Assembly: GCA_965263295.1 (NCBI GenBank)
Contig: OZ253665.1
Span: 320,001 to 384,000, forward strand
Origin: Spirochaetia bacterium
Lineage (GTDB): Bacteria > Spirochaetota > Spirochaetia > SP-2023
Direction of reading: 5' to 3'
DNA length: 64,000 nucleotides
Shown: positions 51,979 to 61,813 of the stretch, one piece after another
Layout: every line of letters starts with the position of its first letter
Position numbering within the stretch: the stretch's first letter is position 1
The notes under the pieces: model-generated
Database searches by the model: none
What the model was told of the DNA's origin: nothing
The model's input: the letters and a program-made list of their open reading frames with translations, nothing else
Made by a program: the position numbers and the translations under genes

Positions 51979-53391
51979 TCATAGTAGAGCTCTTAATACA
52001 CCGCCAGTGTCGGGCAGGGCTCGGCTCTCAAGGTTTTGCAGGTCGCGCAGTTGCCAACTAAAGTCGGCTTTCAACAGCAGGAGGTAGCGACAAGACTTGA
52101 CTTCGGCACGCTGGAAGAGACTGCTCATCTTTTTGCTGCGAGGCACCAGGTCGCAGGCTTGCCCCGCGGCCTGCAATTGATTGCTGATTTGCAGGCATGC
52201 CAGCTGGGCTCGGATTGTCTCATCTGTGGAGCTGGATTTCCAATCTGGGTCCAGGCTGAGCAGCAAACCGGAACGATCGGCCATGGCTTCTGTTTGCTGC
52301 GGCCCCTGTTTTTCTAGCTCTGCGAGGCCTGCTAGCAGGCGATCCAGGCCAATGGAAGCACCCACTCCGGGCATTGGGGCCTCGCGATATAACTGTGTCA
52401 ACTGGTCATAACGGCCGCCTGAACACACGGAGCCAAGACTGGGGAGGTTTTGCAGAAAGCTTTCAAAAACCATGCCGGTATAGTAATCCAGACCGCGGGC
52501 AATGCTGGGGTCAAAATGCAGGGGCATATCGTTTTGGATGGCAAATTGGGCAATATGTTGCAACTCGTTCAAAGCCTTGTCGGCTTCCGGTGGCAGACGA
52601 GAGCCCCATTTATTCTGGACAAGTTCGCCCAGCAGGAGCCGCAGACGCTGTAGTTCGCTTTCAAAATCTATATCTGACGCACTGTTTGTTTGAGGTCGCC
52701 AGCTTAGGAAAGGAATCAAGGTCTCTGTCGTTTCGCTGCCCAGCAGTTCTTCCAGTTTCTGTTGTACCGCTTCGGCTCCGATCTTGTGCCATTTGTCAAT
52801 AATGCGCAGAGCCGAAACGCGTTGCGCTGCCGTGGTGCCACAGGTATTCCAGAAGGCTGCGAGTAGACCTCGATGGTTTATGTGGATACGCAAGGGGCCC
52901 AGAGCGGGGAAGTCTTGCTGCAGCTGGCTGAAGGCCCGGTGAGCCATTTGCAGTATGCAAAGGTCAGCCAGAATGCTCTGGTCGCCGACAATGTCAAAAT
53001 CACATTGGAAAAACTCACGATAGCGGCCACGTTGGGCATTTTCACCGCGCCATACTTTGGCGATATGGTAACGCTTGAAGGGCAAGTTCAGCAGGGCAGA
53101 GTGCTGGACGACAAAGCGAGAAAACGGCACAGTCAGGTCAAAACGTAGGGCTACTTCACGCCCGCCATTGTCCTGAAAGCGATAGATTTGCTTTTCGGTT
53201 TCGCCGCCGGCTTTACCCAGTAGAATTTCGGATAGTTCTAGCGCCGGCGTATCAATCGGATCAAAGCCCCCTAGCTCAAAGAGTTGGCCGAGTCTTTCAA
53301 TGATGCGCCTACGACGTTTTTCGCCTTGGGGGCCGTAGGGCAAAGAGTCGCGAAAGCCTTTTAATACGCGCGGTTCAATGAGCTTAGACAT
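51979..53391 (-). CDS. hisS: Histidine--tRNA ligase
   Basis: PRVLKGFRD, ALRFDLTVP, WRGENAQRGRYREFFQCDFD, ARGLDYYTG and SGGRYD. Confidence 0.97.
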   Translation of the reverse strand: MSKLIEPRVLKGFRDSLPYGPQGEKRRRRIIERLGQLFELGGFDPIDTPALELSEILLGKAGGETEKQIYRFQDNGGREVALRFDLTVPFSRFVVQHSALLNLPFKRYHIAKVWRGENAQRGRYREFFQCDFDIVGDQSILADLCILQMAHRAFSQLQQDFPALGPLRIHINHRGLLAAFWNTCGTTAAQRVSALRIIDKWHKIGAEAVQQKLEELLGSETTETLIPFLSWRPQTNSASDIDFESELQRLRLLLGELVQNKWGSRLPPEADKALNELQHIAQFAIQNDMPLHFDPSIARGLDYYTGMVFESFLQNLPSLGSVCSGGRYDQLTQLYREAPMPGVGASIGLDRLLAGLAELEKQGPQQTEAMADRSGLLLSLDPDWKSSSTDETIRAQLACLQISNQLQAAGQACDLVPRSKKMSSLFQRAEVKSCRYLLLLKADFSWQLRDLQNLESRALPDTGGVLRALL

Positions 53392-53438
53392 ATATTTTGC
53401 TCTTTTGGGCTTTGTTGGCAGTGTTTTAGATGGATGAA

Positions 53439-53828
53439 TTAGCGCTGGGCGATGGCTTCAACTTCGACAAGTACACCCTTGGGCAGGTCGCGCACGGCAA
53501 AGCAGCTGCGGGCGGGGTATGGCTCATGAACATAGCGCCCATATACGGCGTTGAATTCGGCAAAATGGGCTATATCCGTCAGGTAGCAGGTGGTCTTGAG
53601 GATTTTGGCAAAAGAAGAGCCAGCCGCCTCAAGTACGGCCTGTAGGTTCCGCATTACCTGTTCACTTTGTTCGCCAATATTGCTGCCGACAACTTCGCCG
53701 GCTAGATTCAGGGGGATTTGGCCGGAAGTAAAGATCAGATCACCTAGGGCGTTAGCCTGGGAGTAGGGGCCGACGGCGGCTGGGGCCGCCTCACTGTGAA
53801 TGCTTGTGCGCTGCATGATAGTCTCCAA
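53439..53828 (-). CDS. ridA: RidA-family enamine/imine deaminase
   Basis: APAAVGPYSQA, SGQIPL, FAEFNAVY, PARS (catalytic Arg) and LPKGVLVEVEAIA. Confidence 0.93.
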   Translation of the reverse strand: METIMQRTSIHSEAAPAAVGPYSQANALGDLIFTSGQIPLNLAGEVVGSNIGEQSEQVMRNLQAVLEAAGSSFAKILKTTCYLTDIAHFAEFNAVYGRYVHEPYPARSCFAVRDLPKGVLVEVEAIAQR

Positions 53829-53973
53829 TAATTTTTGTGTTGGCTTGTCAACTGCTGAAACTTAAAAATAACGAAATCTTTTGTCTTTGTCAGCTGAGAT
53901 CAGGTTTGCGACGATAAAATTACACGGCTATTCGCCATGAAGAGACGACAATCAAGTGCGAGAGATTTCTCTA

Positions 53974-55248
53974 TCATACTTGCAGGCGCTGTAGTTTCTG
54001 CAACAGAGTCTGAGCCCAATTCGCTTCCCCAATTGTTTGGGCCTTTGGGACAACGGAATCTGAGTTCCAGAATTGTGGACTGTGATGCCACCATGAAAAG
54101 CGCAATGCGTTGCGCTGTCGTTCGGGATTTATGCCCATGGCTGCCAGTACTCTGCTGCCGGACTTGTCGTCTTGCGAACAGGCCGCGCCTCGGCCCGCCA
54201 CCAGTAGTTGGCGCAGGTTTAGTAGCGCTGATTCGGCGTCGATACCCGGTAGGCTGAGATTGGCGACGTGCGCCAAGGTTTTGTCCGGGTCGCCGTGTAG
54301 TTGCGGTTGCAGGGGGGCTAATAATTGCAGGAACTGTTTGCGAAATTCCTGATTGCGCGCTCGCCGCATTGTGCGCTGAGATTCACAGAGTTCCAATGCA
54401 TCGCGCAAGCTCAAAGCTAGGGCTAAAGGCAGGCTGCCCGGACGCAAGCCTTTGAGTTGGCCTTGCCCCTGTTGGCCCCCGCCGTGCCATAATGCTTGTA
54501 GCGGAGGAAACGAGTTCTGTCGTTGTATTCGCCGCGGACTATGGCGCGGTTTAAGTAGTAAAGCAGCGATGCCGCAAAGACCGTAAATCTTGTGTCCACT
54601 GATGCTTATCATGTCAATGCGCGGATGCTGGACAGTAGATTGGGGATAGATGGATGAGTCGATATGAGCTGCGCCCTGGCTGGCATCGACGTGCAAATAG
54701 GCATCGTGGCCATTGCGCAATAAAGTTTCGGCCAGCTCTGCTACGGGCTGTATTATGCCCGTTTCGTTGTTTACCTGCATACAGCAAATTAGCAGAGTCT
54801 CTGGCCTCAATTCCCGCATCGCGCTGGCTATATTAATTTGCCCACTGCTTTCTACAGGGGCCAGGCTCAATTCAAAACCATGATGACGCAGCAGATATTC
54901 GCAAGGCTGCAGCACGGAAGCATGCTCCAACTCGCTGGCAATAATATGCTTTTTCCCAGTGTCCAAACCTTGTGCAAGAAGCCCCAAAATAGCCATATTA
55001 TTGGCTTCAGTAGCACTGGCGCAAAAAAACACAGAATTTTCCACGCCGGTTGACCTCTCCATTGGAATACCCGCCCAACCGGCCAAATACTCGCGGGCCT
55101 CTTGCAGGGCCTTGCGTCCTCGTCGTGCGTGGCCGGCGCTACAATTGCCCCAATATTGGGGATCGGAAATGTAGGTTTGAAATTGGCGCAGGACTGCTGG
55201 CTCACAAGGTGTCGAACCGTTGCAGTCCAGGTAAAGTGGTAATTTCAC
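53974..55248 (-). CDS. Cysteine desulfurase (group I), DndA-like
   Basis: YLDCNGSTP, ATEANN, EHASV, VNNETG.IQP, HVDASQG, SGHKIYG (PLP Lys), LRPGSLP and GAACS (catalytic Cys). Confidence 0.88.
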   Translation of the reverse strand: MKLPLYLDCNGSTPCEPAVLRQFQTYISDPQYWGNCSAGHARRGRKALQEAREYLAGWAGIPMERSTGVENSVFFCASATEANNMAILGLLAQGLDTGKKHIIASELEHASVLQPCEYLLRHHGFELSLAPVESSGQINIASAMRELRPETLLICCMQVNNETGIIQPVAELAETLLRNGHDAYLHVDASQGAAHIDSSIYPQSTVQHPRIDMISISGHKIYGLCGIAALLLKPRHSPRRIQRQNSFPPLQALWHGGGQQGQGQLKGLRPGSLPLALALSLRDALELCESQRTMRRARNQEFRKQFLQLLAPLQPQLHGDPDKTLAHVANLSLPGIDAESALLNLRQLLVAGRGAACSQDDKSGSRVLAAMGINPERQRNALRFSWWHHSPQFWNSDSVVPKAQTIGEANWAQTLLQKLQRLQV

Positions 55249-55294
55249 GGCGGCTTCTCTTTGAAAATGAATGATTCATGTGATGGATTGGGGG

Positions 55295-56068
55295 CTATGA
55301 ATCCGAATCGCTCAAGCGACTATGATGCCCAGAGATATTCTGTTTTTGCTGAGCTTCTGGCTGGGCATTGGTGCTGCTGGTGCTGCGCCGGCATACTTGT
55401 TGTGAGTGCCGCTGCAAAACGCGTTTCAGTCTGTGACGCAAGGCTTCTGCCTGATGTGTACGCCCCCAGTAGCGTTGCATCAACTTGCTTTCGCGGCTGT
55501 GTGAATATAGAAAATATTGCATTAGCTCTGGCGAAACGGGGATTCCTCGCCAGATAAAGGCGCGAATAAGGCGCATGCTATTGCCAAAGCCTAAGCTCAA
55601 GGTAGCCGGACGCTCGTGGTGCAGCAGAAGGATAAAGTCGTATACAGGCTGTCTGCGTTGGAGTTTTTCGACGAAGCGCAGCTGGCGGATGGAGGTATAT
55701 GGGCAGTGATTTAGGCGGAAGTCGAGACCGCTACGCCAGTAAAAACGTCGCCTGCTTAAGACCACCCTTACGGCAAAGGCATAGTAGGCTGTCAGAAGCA
55801 GAAGGAGCAGGCTAAAGCCGAGCAGCAATAGGCCATACAAGGCTTGACCTGAATTCGCAGTAGCGGCGGCCGCAGGGTTGAGATAGAAGGTTTTGGGGAA
55901 AAGCACCAGATTTAGCAGCCCCAATAATACCGGATAGATACACAACAGGCTGAGTAATTTGCCATGATTCGGAAGGTAGAAATATAAATTTTGCCCTTGT
56001 CTCTGAGCTTTGTTTGCTCGTTGTTGGGCTGGCGATTTTGCATCCCGATCCAGATTGTCCGGTCTCAT
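55295..56068 (-). CDS. Hypothetical membrane protein (2 TM plus PH-like soluble domain)
   Basis: Start moved to ATG 56068 to avoid overlap with argF; two hydrophobic helices followed by VVLSRRRFYWRSG..CPYTSIRQL. Confidence 0.6.
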   Translation of the reverse strand: MRPDNLDRDAKSPAQQRANKAQRQGQNLYFYLPNHGKLLSLLCIYPVLLGLLNLVLFPKTFYLNPAAAATANSGQALYGLLLLGFSLLLLLLTAYYAFAVRVVLSRRRFYWRSGLDFRLNHCPYTSIRQLRFVEKLQRRQPVYDFILLLHHERPATLSLGFGNSMRLIRAFIWRGIPVSPELMQYFLYSHSRESKLMQRYWGRTHQAEALRHRLKRVLQRHSQQVCRRSTSSTNAQPEAQQKQNISGHHSRLSDSDS

Positions 56069-56075
56069 GTTTTTC

Positions 56076-57023
56076 TTAACTGCAGTGTTGCAATAGCCAG
56101 ACCATGATGGCTTTCTGCACATGTAAGCGGTTCTCGGCCTCGTCAAATATGACGGACTGCGATCCATCCATCACCTCGTCTGTAACCTCCTGGCCGCGGC
56201 TGGCTGGCAAGCAGTGCATAAACAGGGCATCACTCTTGGCTTGCCGCATCAGTTCTTTGGTCACTGTGTAGTAGGGCGAAAACACGGCTTTGCGCAGCTC
56301 GTAGTCCGTTTGCCCCATGGATATCCAGGTGTCCGTGACGACCAAGTCGGCATTATATACGGCCTCAGCCAAACCGTTTTCGGGGTCCATGTGTTGGACC
56401 ATGCTGCCGTCCTTGCCGGCTTGTTTCTGTTTGTGGGCCCAGCGCTGCACTGTGCCGACAAGTTGGTATTCGAGTGGAGTGGCAATGGCCAAATCAAAAC
56501 CGAAGAGGAAGGCTGCGTGTACGAAGGTATTGGCCATATTGTTCGCATCGCCGACCCAAGCTATTTTTTTACCACGGATGGCCCCTCGGTGTTCCATGTA
56601 GGTAAAGATATCAGCCAGCACCTGACAGGGGTGATTGTAGTCTGTCAATCCGTTGATTACCGGGATATCAGAGTGACGGGCAAGCTCCACCAAGTCGTCG
56701 TGGCTGTTGGCGCGCATCATGATCATATCTACAAAACGTGACATAACTTTGGCTGAGTCGTGTAAATTTTCTTTGCTGCCAATGTGGCTCCGGGAACTGT
56801 CGATGACCAGGCTGTGGCCTCCAAGCTGCTCGACGCCAACTTCAAACGACATGCGTGTGCGTGTGGAGCTCTTTTCAAAGATGAGGGCAATGTGTTTCTG
56901 CTCCAGACGGTTTTGCCAGGGCCTGGCCTTCAATTCGGCCGCCAGGGCCAGGATTTCTTCGACTTCCGTCCGATTGAAGTCACGCAAGTCAATAAAGTGG
57001 CGCAGTTTCATATCGCTCTCCAT
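56076..57023 (-). CDS. argF: Ornithine carbamoyltransferase
   Basis: FEKSSTRTR, NHPCQVLAD, DTWISMG, MHCLPA and EAENRLH. Confidence 0.96.
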   Translation of the reverse strand: MESDMKLRHFIDLRDFNRTEVEEILALAAELKARPWQNRLEQKHIALIFEKSSTRTRMSFEVGVEQLGGHSLVIDSSRSHIGSKENLHDSAKVMSRFVDMIMMRANSHDDLVELARHSDIPVINGLTDYNHPCQVLADIFTYMEHRGAIRGKKIAWVGDANNMANTFVHAAFLFGFDLAIATPLEYQLVGTVQRWAHKQKQAGKDGSMVQHMDPENGLAEAVYNADLVVTDTWISMGQTDYELRKAVFSPYYTVTKELMRQAKSDALFMHCLPASRGQEVTDEVMDGSQSVIFDEAENRLHVQKAIMVWLLQHCS

Positions 57024-57193
57024 CCTTGGGGATTTTTATTTTGGAAATTTTATTTGGGGAATTTTGCCTGATTCGGAATCGGTTTGTCTTTCCTGTTTCA
57101 CTCTATAGGGCTAAACGAGTTAGATCAAGATCTTGCCGCTTTTCACCTAAAATAGCAAGTTCTGCCAATTTTGTCTTGCCATTAGCTGTGTTT

Positions 57194-57937
57194 TTAGTCC
57201 TGTCCTTGGTTCTGTCCTTGGTTCTGTTTTGGGCCCTGGTAGCCTTTGCACAAGAAGTAAATTTCACATGATTGACTGCGCACGGCCTGGGGTTTCAGGC
57301 GCTGGCAAAGACGGAATATATTTCGCAGTTCTCTTTGTAAGTCTTGCTCTCCGCCGCCTTGAAACAGCTTGAACAGCAAATTACCCTCTGGTTTAAGGAA
57401 ACGTGGCAGCACAGCCAATACTTCTTGTAACAGAGCTTCCGAGCGGCCGGTATCCACGGTGCGGTTGCCTGTGGTGCGGGGAGCCATATCGCTGAGGACA
57501 AGGTCAAAGAGGCCGTGCTGTTGCAATTGGGACAAAATTAACTGTTGTATTGCCGGGCTGGTGAAGTCGGCTTGATAGAAAGTCAGATTGGCTGCCCGCT
57601 GCAGTTCTGGCCCCAGTCCCTGTAGGTCCACGGCGCAGAGCCAGGGGCTAACGTTGCCGTTTTTATAGCTTGAGCCGGCGCAAATGCGCTGTAATACATA
57701 GCGACTCCAGCTGCCGGGAGCTGCACCTAAATCAATGACCCGCATGCCGGGATGTAATAACTTGTGTCGCTGGTCGATTTCGCTCAGCTTGAATACCGAA
57801 CGGGCTGTGTAGCCATCTTTCATGGCTTGATCGGTATAGCTGTCATGTACATAGTTGCGGTTCTTGGGCCTTGTCGTTTTTTTGCGCGGGGGGATGTTTT
57901 GAGCTTGCAGACGTGAGTTGTGTTTATGCTTTTTCAT
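57194..57937 (-). CDS. rlmE: 23S rRNA (U2552-2'-O)-methyltransferase
   Basis: ARSVFKLSEID, DLGAAPGSWS, VLSDMAP, FKLFQG and KP.AVRSQSCEIY. Confidence 0.95.
   Translation of the reverse strand: MKKHKHNSRLQAQNIPPRKKTTRPKNRNYVHDSYTDQAMKDGYTARSVFKLSEIDQRHKLLHPGMRVIDLGAAPGSWSRYVLQRICAGSSYKNGNVSPWLCAVDLQGLGPELQRAANLTFYQADFTSPAIQQLILSQLQQHGLFDLVLSDMAPRTTGNRTVDTGRSEALLQEVLAVLPRFLKPEGNLLFKLFQGGGEQDLQRELRNIFRLCQRLKPQAVRSQSCEIYFLCKGYQGPKQNQGQNQGQD
57200..57227. repeat. 12-bp tandem repeat at the rlmE 3' end, encoding (QNQG)n
   Basis: ctgtccttggtt x2.3. Confidence 0.88.
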
Positions 57938-57974
57938 CGGATTGGTCAGAGAGTCTGGGTGATGGCGAGGGCCT

Positions 57975-58802
57975 TCAATCCATTGGACGGAAAGGATTCA
58001 AGAAATTATCCCACTCTTCATCGTAATCTAATTCGTCTTGCCAGCCTTCATCTCCTGGCAGTTCTTCCAAGATTTTGTGTTTGCCTTGTTGTTGAATTTG
58101 GGCTCTCTCTTTGGCGTCCTGTTCGCGAAGCTGTTGAAGTTGGGTCATTAAATTCTGATAGACTTCGGGATAACTTTGTTCCCAGTAATCTGCGGTCTGA
58201 GGGCTCGCTCGCTCGGCCAGTAGACTCAATACTGTAGCGATATGTCGCAGGATTGGTTTGCAGTCTTCAGTCGGAAATAGCAATACATGAACAATGCCAC
58301 TGCTTACCTGGGTGAGCAACAAGTCGACCGTTTCATTGTGGTTGTCGCAGCTTAGCTGCTTTTCTCCTTCAGCTTCAATTATCAACTGGACGAGCATATT
58401 TTTGAGTGGCCTGGTGCGTTTATGTATTAGCTCGCCAAGAGAGCGCCCTTCCTTGTCAAGTTTTAATATGAAAGCACTCTGGCTGACCAGTTCGCGGCGT
58501 TTTTCCCGACAAGAGATGACTATATGGCTTAGAATAAAACGAAGTCTGTGAATCGCCGCCAGCTCTTTGAGCTGGACTACTTTTTCATAATAGACTAAAA
58601 ATTCATCTGTAAATTGTTTGGATGCAAAAAATAGAATCTGATGTTTATTGCGGAAGTACTGGTACAAGGTTGGCCGCGCAATATGCGCGGCCTTGGCTAT
58701 ATCGGCTAGAGTGGTGGCTTGATAGCCTTGGGAAGAAAACAGCTCCAAGGCCTCTCGCAAAATTTCTTTCTTGCGTTGCTCATGGTCAATTTTCTTGGGC
58801 AT
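57975..58802 (-). CDS. TetR/AcrR-family transcriptional regulator
   Basis: RKKEILREALELFSSQGYQATTLADIAKAAHIARPTLYQYFRNK helix-turn-helix. Confidence 0.93.
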   Translation of the reverse strand: MPKKIDHEQRKKEILREALELFSSQGYQATTLADIAKAAHIARPTLYQYFRNKHQILFFASKQFTDEFLVYYEKVVQLKELAAIHRLRFILSHIVISCREKRRELVSQSAFILKLDKEGRSLGELIHKRTRPLKNMLVQLIIEAEGEKQLSCDNHNETVDLLLTQVSSGIVHVLLFPTEDCKPILRHIATVLSLLAERASPQTADYWEQSYPEVYQNLMTQLQQLREQDAKERAQIQQQGKHKILEELPGDEGWQDELDYDEEWDNFLNPFRPMD

Positions 58803-58843
58803 GACTGAAAGAACCCATCATAAAAATCGCGATGTTAAACCGC

Positions 58844-60031
58844 TTAAAGTTCGGGCATGACTGCGGGATCGACGTCAGCCTCATAGTCTATACCTGCAAT
58901 ACCAAAACCGTGAATGTGTAAGTAGCTTTCTCGAAAGCCAGCAATATCAGAGATCTCGGCCAAATTTTCGCTATTGACTTCAGACCAGAGCTTTGCCACT
59001 TCAGCTTGCACGTCATCGCGCATTTCCCAGTCGTCGATGCGGATACGGCCTTTTTCGTCCAGCTGCAAGCTATCGCCGTAGAGGCGACCGGCAAAGAGGC
59101 GATACATTTGCTCAATGCACTCTTCGTGAATTCCTTTGGCTTTCATCACTTTGTATAGCAGGGCCACATACAGAGGTACCACCGGAATTACGGATGAAGC
59201 TCGCGTAACGAGAGCTTTATTAACTGAGACATAGGCTTTGCCCCCAATAGTTGCCAGGCTCTGGCTGAGCTGGGCAGCGGTTTTTTCTAAGTCTGCCTTG
59301 GCTGCGCCAATTGTGCCGTTCCAGTAGATCGGGTAAGTTAGTTCTGGACCGATGTAAGAGTAGGCTACGGTCTGGGCTCCTGGGGCCAAGAGTCTGGCTT
59401 CCTGTAAAGCATGGAGCCACATCGCCCAGTCTTCGCCGCCCATGACTTTGATCGTGGCTTGCCGTTCTCGCTCAGTTGCCGGCTCTATTTTGATCGCAGA
59501 AACCTTGGCGCTCATAAAGTCCACGCTCTGGTTCTCAAAGGGCTGACCGATGGGCTTCAGTACGGAGCGGTAGGTCTCGCCCGTCTCAGGGTCGGTGCGA
59601 ACTGGCGAAGCGAGGCTGTAGACTACCATGTCAAAACCTGCGGGGCAAAGTCGTTTGGCCGCTGCGAGAACTTCTTGTTTCGTTTCGTTAGAAAATGCGT
59701 CACCGTTAATACTTTGGCTCTTCAGTCCGGCTTTGCTTGCCGCCGCATCAAAGGCGGCGGTGCTGTAGTGCCCCGGCGTCCCCGGACGCTTGGCTGATGC
59801 CTCTTTTTCAAAGGCCACACCGATTGTTGTGGCTTTGCCTCCAAATGCCAGGACAATGCGTGAGGCCAGGCCAAAGCCGGCTGAACTACCGATAATCAGG
59901 GCGTTTTTGGGGCCGTTGGGAATCGGTTTCTGGGCCTTTACGTAGTCGATTTGGCGTTTGACGGTGGCGACCACGCCGGCAGGGTGGGTCGTAATACATA
60001 CGTTGTTTAAAATCTTTGGTTCCAGTTTCAT
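58844..60031 (-). CDS. fabV: Enoyl-ACP reductase FabV / trans-2-enoyl-CoA reductase
   Basis: IIGSSAGFGLASRI, YSLASP, VMGGEDW, YSYIGP..TYPIYWNGTIGAAK and IRIDDWEM. Confidence 0.96.
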   Translation of the reverse strand: MKLEPKILNNVCITTHPAGVVATVKRQIDYVKAQKPIPNGPKNALIIGSSAGFGLASRIVLAFGGKATTIGVAFEKEASAKRPGTPGHYSTAAFDAAASKAGLKSQSINGDAFSNETKQEVLAAAKRLCPAGFDMVVYSLASPVRTDPETGETYRSVLKPIGQPFENQSVDFMSAKVSAIKIEPATERERQATIKVMGGEDWAMWLHALQEARLLAPGAQTVAYSYIGPELTYPIYWNGTIGAAKADLEKTAAQLSQSLATIGGKAYVSVNKALVTRASSVIPVVPLYVALLYKVMKAKGIHEECIEQMYRLFAGRLYGDSLQLDEKGRIRIDDWEMRDDVQAEVAKLWSEVNSENLAEISDIAGFRESYLHIHGFGIAGIDYEADVDPAVMPEL

Positions 60032-60098
60032 TTTATATTCCTCAAATATATGCGAAGATGATCTGTTGTATTTGAGACAGCGTCTCTGTTATTTAATG

Positions 60099-60530
60099 TT
60101 ATTCGGTATGGGCCCGGCCGACAATGCATTTCCATGAGGCTTCAGCGGCGACTTCGTCTCCGAGCATGGCCTTGCCAGACTGCACAATCATTTTGCTGCC
60201 GACGCGCTCGTTGGCAATTTCGAACCGTACCGTGTCTCCTGGGACGACCGGCTTGCGGAACTTGGCTTTGTCAATGCTGGCGAGGAAAAACAGACTGTCG
60301 CCGCCCAAGAGACCAGCCTTGCGCAAGCCGGCCCCGCCGCACTGGGCCATTGCTTCAATTAGCAGGACGCCAGGGACTACGGGATGTCCGGGAAAATGGC
60401 CAGCAAAGAAGGCGTCACGCTCTTTACTGTAGCTGCGTATGCCTATAATTTTTTCTTCATTGCTTTCTTGCAGCCGATCGACAAACAAAAACGGCTCGCG
60501 GTGGGGGAGCAGATTTTCTACTTCGGACAT
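60099..60530 (-). CDS. fabZ: 3-hydroxyacyl-ACP dehydratase
   Basis: LPHREPFLFVD, FFAGHFPGHPVVPGVLLIEAMAQ and KFRKPVVPGD. Confidence 0.97.
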   Translation of the reverse strand: MSEVENLLPHREPFLFVDRLQESNEEKIIGIRSYSKERDAFFAGHFPGHPVVPGVLLIEAMAQCGGAGLRKAGLLGGDSLFFLASIDKAKFRKPVVPGDTVRFEIANERVGSKMIVQSGKAMLGDEVAAEASWKCIVGRAHTE

Positions 60531-60542
60531 GAAGACCTCCTT

Positions 60543-61790
60543 TTATTCCGTGAAGCGCTTGACGACCAGACAGCCATTGTGCCCACCGAAGCCCAGTGAA
60601 GTTGAAATTGCAATTTCTACTGGGTGTTCCTGACCCTTGTTGGGGACAAAATCCAGGTCGCATTGTGGATCTGGATTTTCCAGGTTGATGGTCGGAGGCA
60701 CAAACTGATCGCGAATGGCACTGACACATGCCATCAGCTCAATGGCGCCGGCAGCGCCGATCATGTGCCCAGTCATTGACTTGGTGGATGACACTTTGAG
60801 CTTGTCGGCATGTGGCCCAAAGGCCAAACGAATGGCGCGGGTTTCGGTGGGATCATTAATTGGGGTGGAGGTGCCATGGGCATTGACGTAGTCAATTTCT
60901 TCGGGTCGGACACCCGCCATTTTCAGGGCCTTTTGAATGGCCTTGGCCGTGTAGGAACCATCTTCTTTGGGCGCGGTCAGGTGATAGGCATCACAGGTAA
61001 TGCCGTAGCCCAGCAGTTCGGCATAAATCGGCGCGCCGCGCTTCCGGGCATTTTCCAAAGTTTCTAGGATGAGTACGGCAGCACCCTCGGCCATGACAAA
61101 ACCGTCGCGGTCACGATCAAATGGCCGACTGGCGAGATGGGGCCTGTCGTTAAAGCCTGTACTTAAAGTCTGCAGTTTGGTAAAAGCGGCGATACCCAAT
61201 TCCGTCAGAGCTGATTCGGCCCCGCCAACTACTGCCGCTTGAATTTGACCAGACTTGATCGCATACATGGCTTGCCCGATGGCGTCTGTACCTGAGGCGC
61301 AGGCTGTGACCACGCCGTAATTGGGACCGTGAAAGCCATACATGGTTGCCAGAGTGCTGGAACCTTCATTGATAATCAATTTGGGAATGGACAGAGGCGG
61401 CACGCCGGCGGGGCCTTTGCGCTCCAACATGCGGGCGGCTTCTTCCATGACTTCAAAGCCTCCGACGCCATTGCCGATGATTACGGCAATCTCGTCATCT
61501 GGATAGAAATTCTGCTTGACCAGGGCGGCGCCTTCAATGGCCTGAGCCCCCGCGTTACAAAAAAACTCAGTAAAACGGGCCATTTTGCGGATTGCTTTTT
61601 TGTCGAAATACTTGCTGCTGTCGAGGTCAAGTACTTCTGCGGCTACTTTGGAGGAAAATAACTGTGGGTTGCAGCGGGTCAGTGGCCGCGTCCCGCTGAC
61701 ACCATTCTTCATGTTTTGCCAAGTTTCTTCCCAAGTGTGGCCGATGGGACTGACGGCGCCCATTGCGGTGATAACGATACGTGAATTCAT
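60543..61790 (-). CDS. fabF: 3-oxoacyl-ACP synthase II
   Basis: VTACASG, NAHGTST, SSTKSMTGHMIGAAG and SLGFGGHN. Confidence 0.97.
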   Translation of the reverse strand: MNSRIVITAMGAVSPIGHTWEETWQNMKNGVSGTRPLTRCNPQLFSSKVAAEVLDLDSSKYFDKKAIRKMARFTEFFCNAGAQAIEGAALVKQNFYPDDEIAVIIGNGVGGFEVMEEAARMLERKGPAGVPPLSIPKLIINEGSSTLATMYGFHGPNYGVVTACASGTDAIGQAMYAIKSGQIQAAVVGGAESALTELGIAAFTKLQTLSTGFNDRPHLASRPFDRDRDGFVMAEGAAVLILETLENARKRGAPIYAELLGYGITCDAYHLTAPKEDGSYTAKAIQKALKMAGVRPEEIDYVNAHGTSTPINDPTETRAIRLAFGPHADKLKVSSTKSMTGHMIGAAGAIELMACVSAIRDQFVPPTINLENPDPQCDLDFVPNKGQEHPVEIAISTSLGFGGHNGCLVVKRFTE

Positions 61791-61813
61791 AAAACCTCCG
61801 TGAATTCGCTTGC

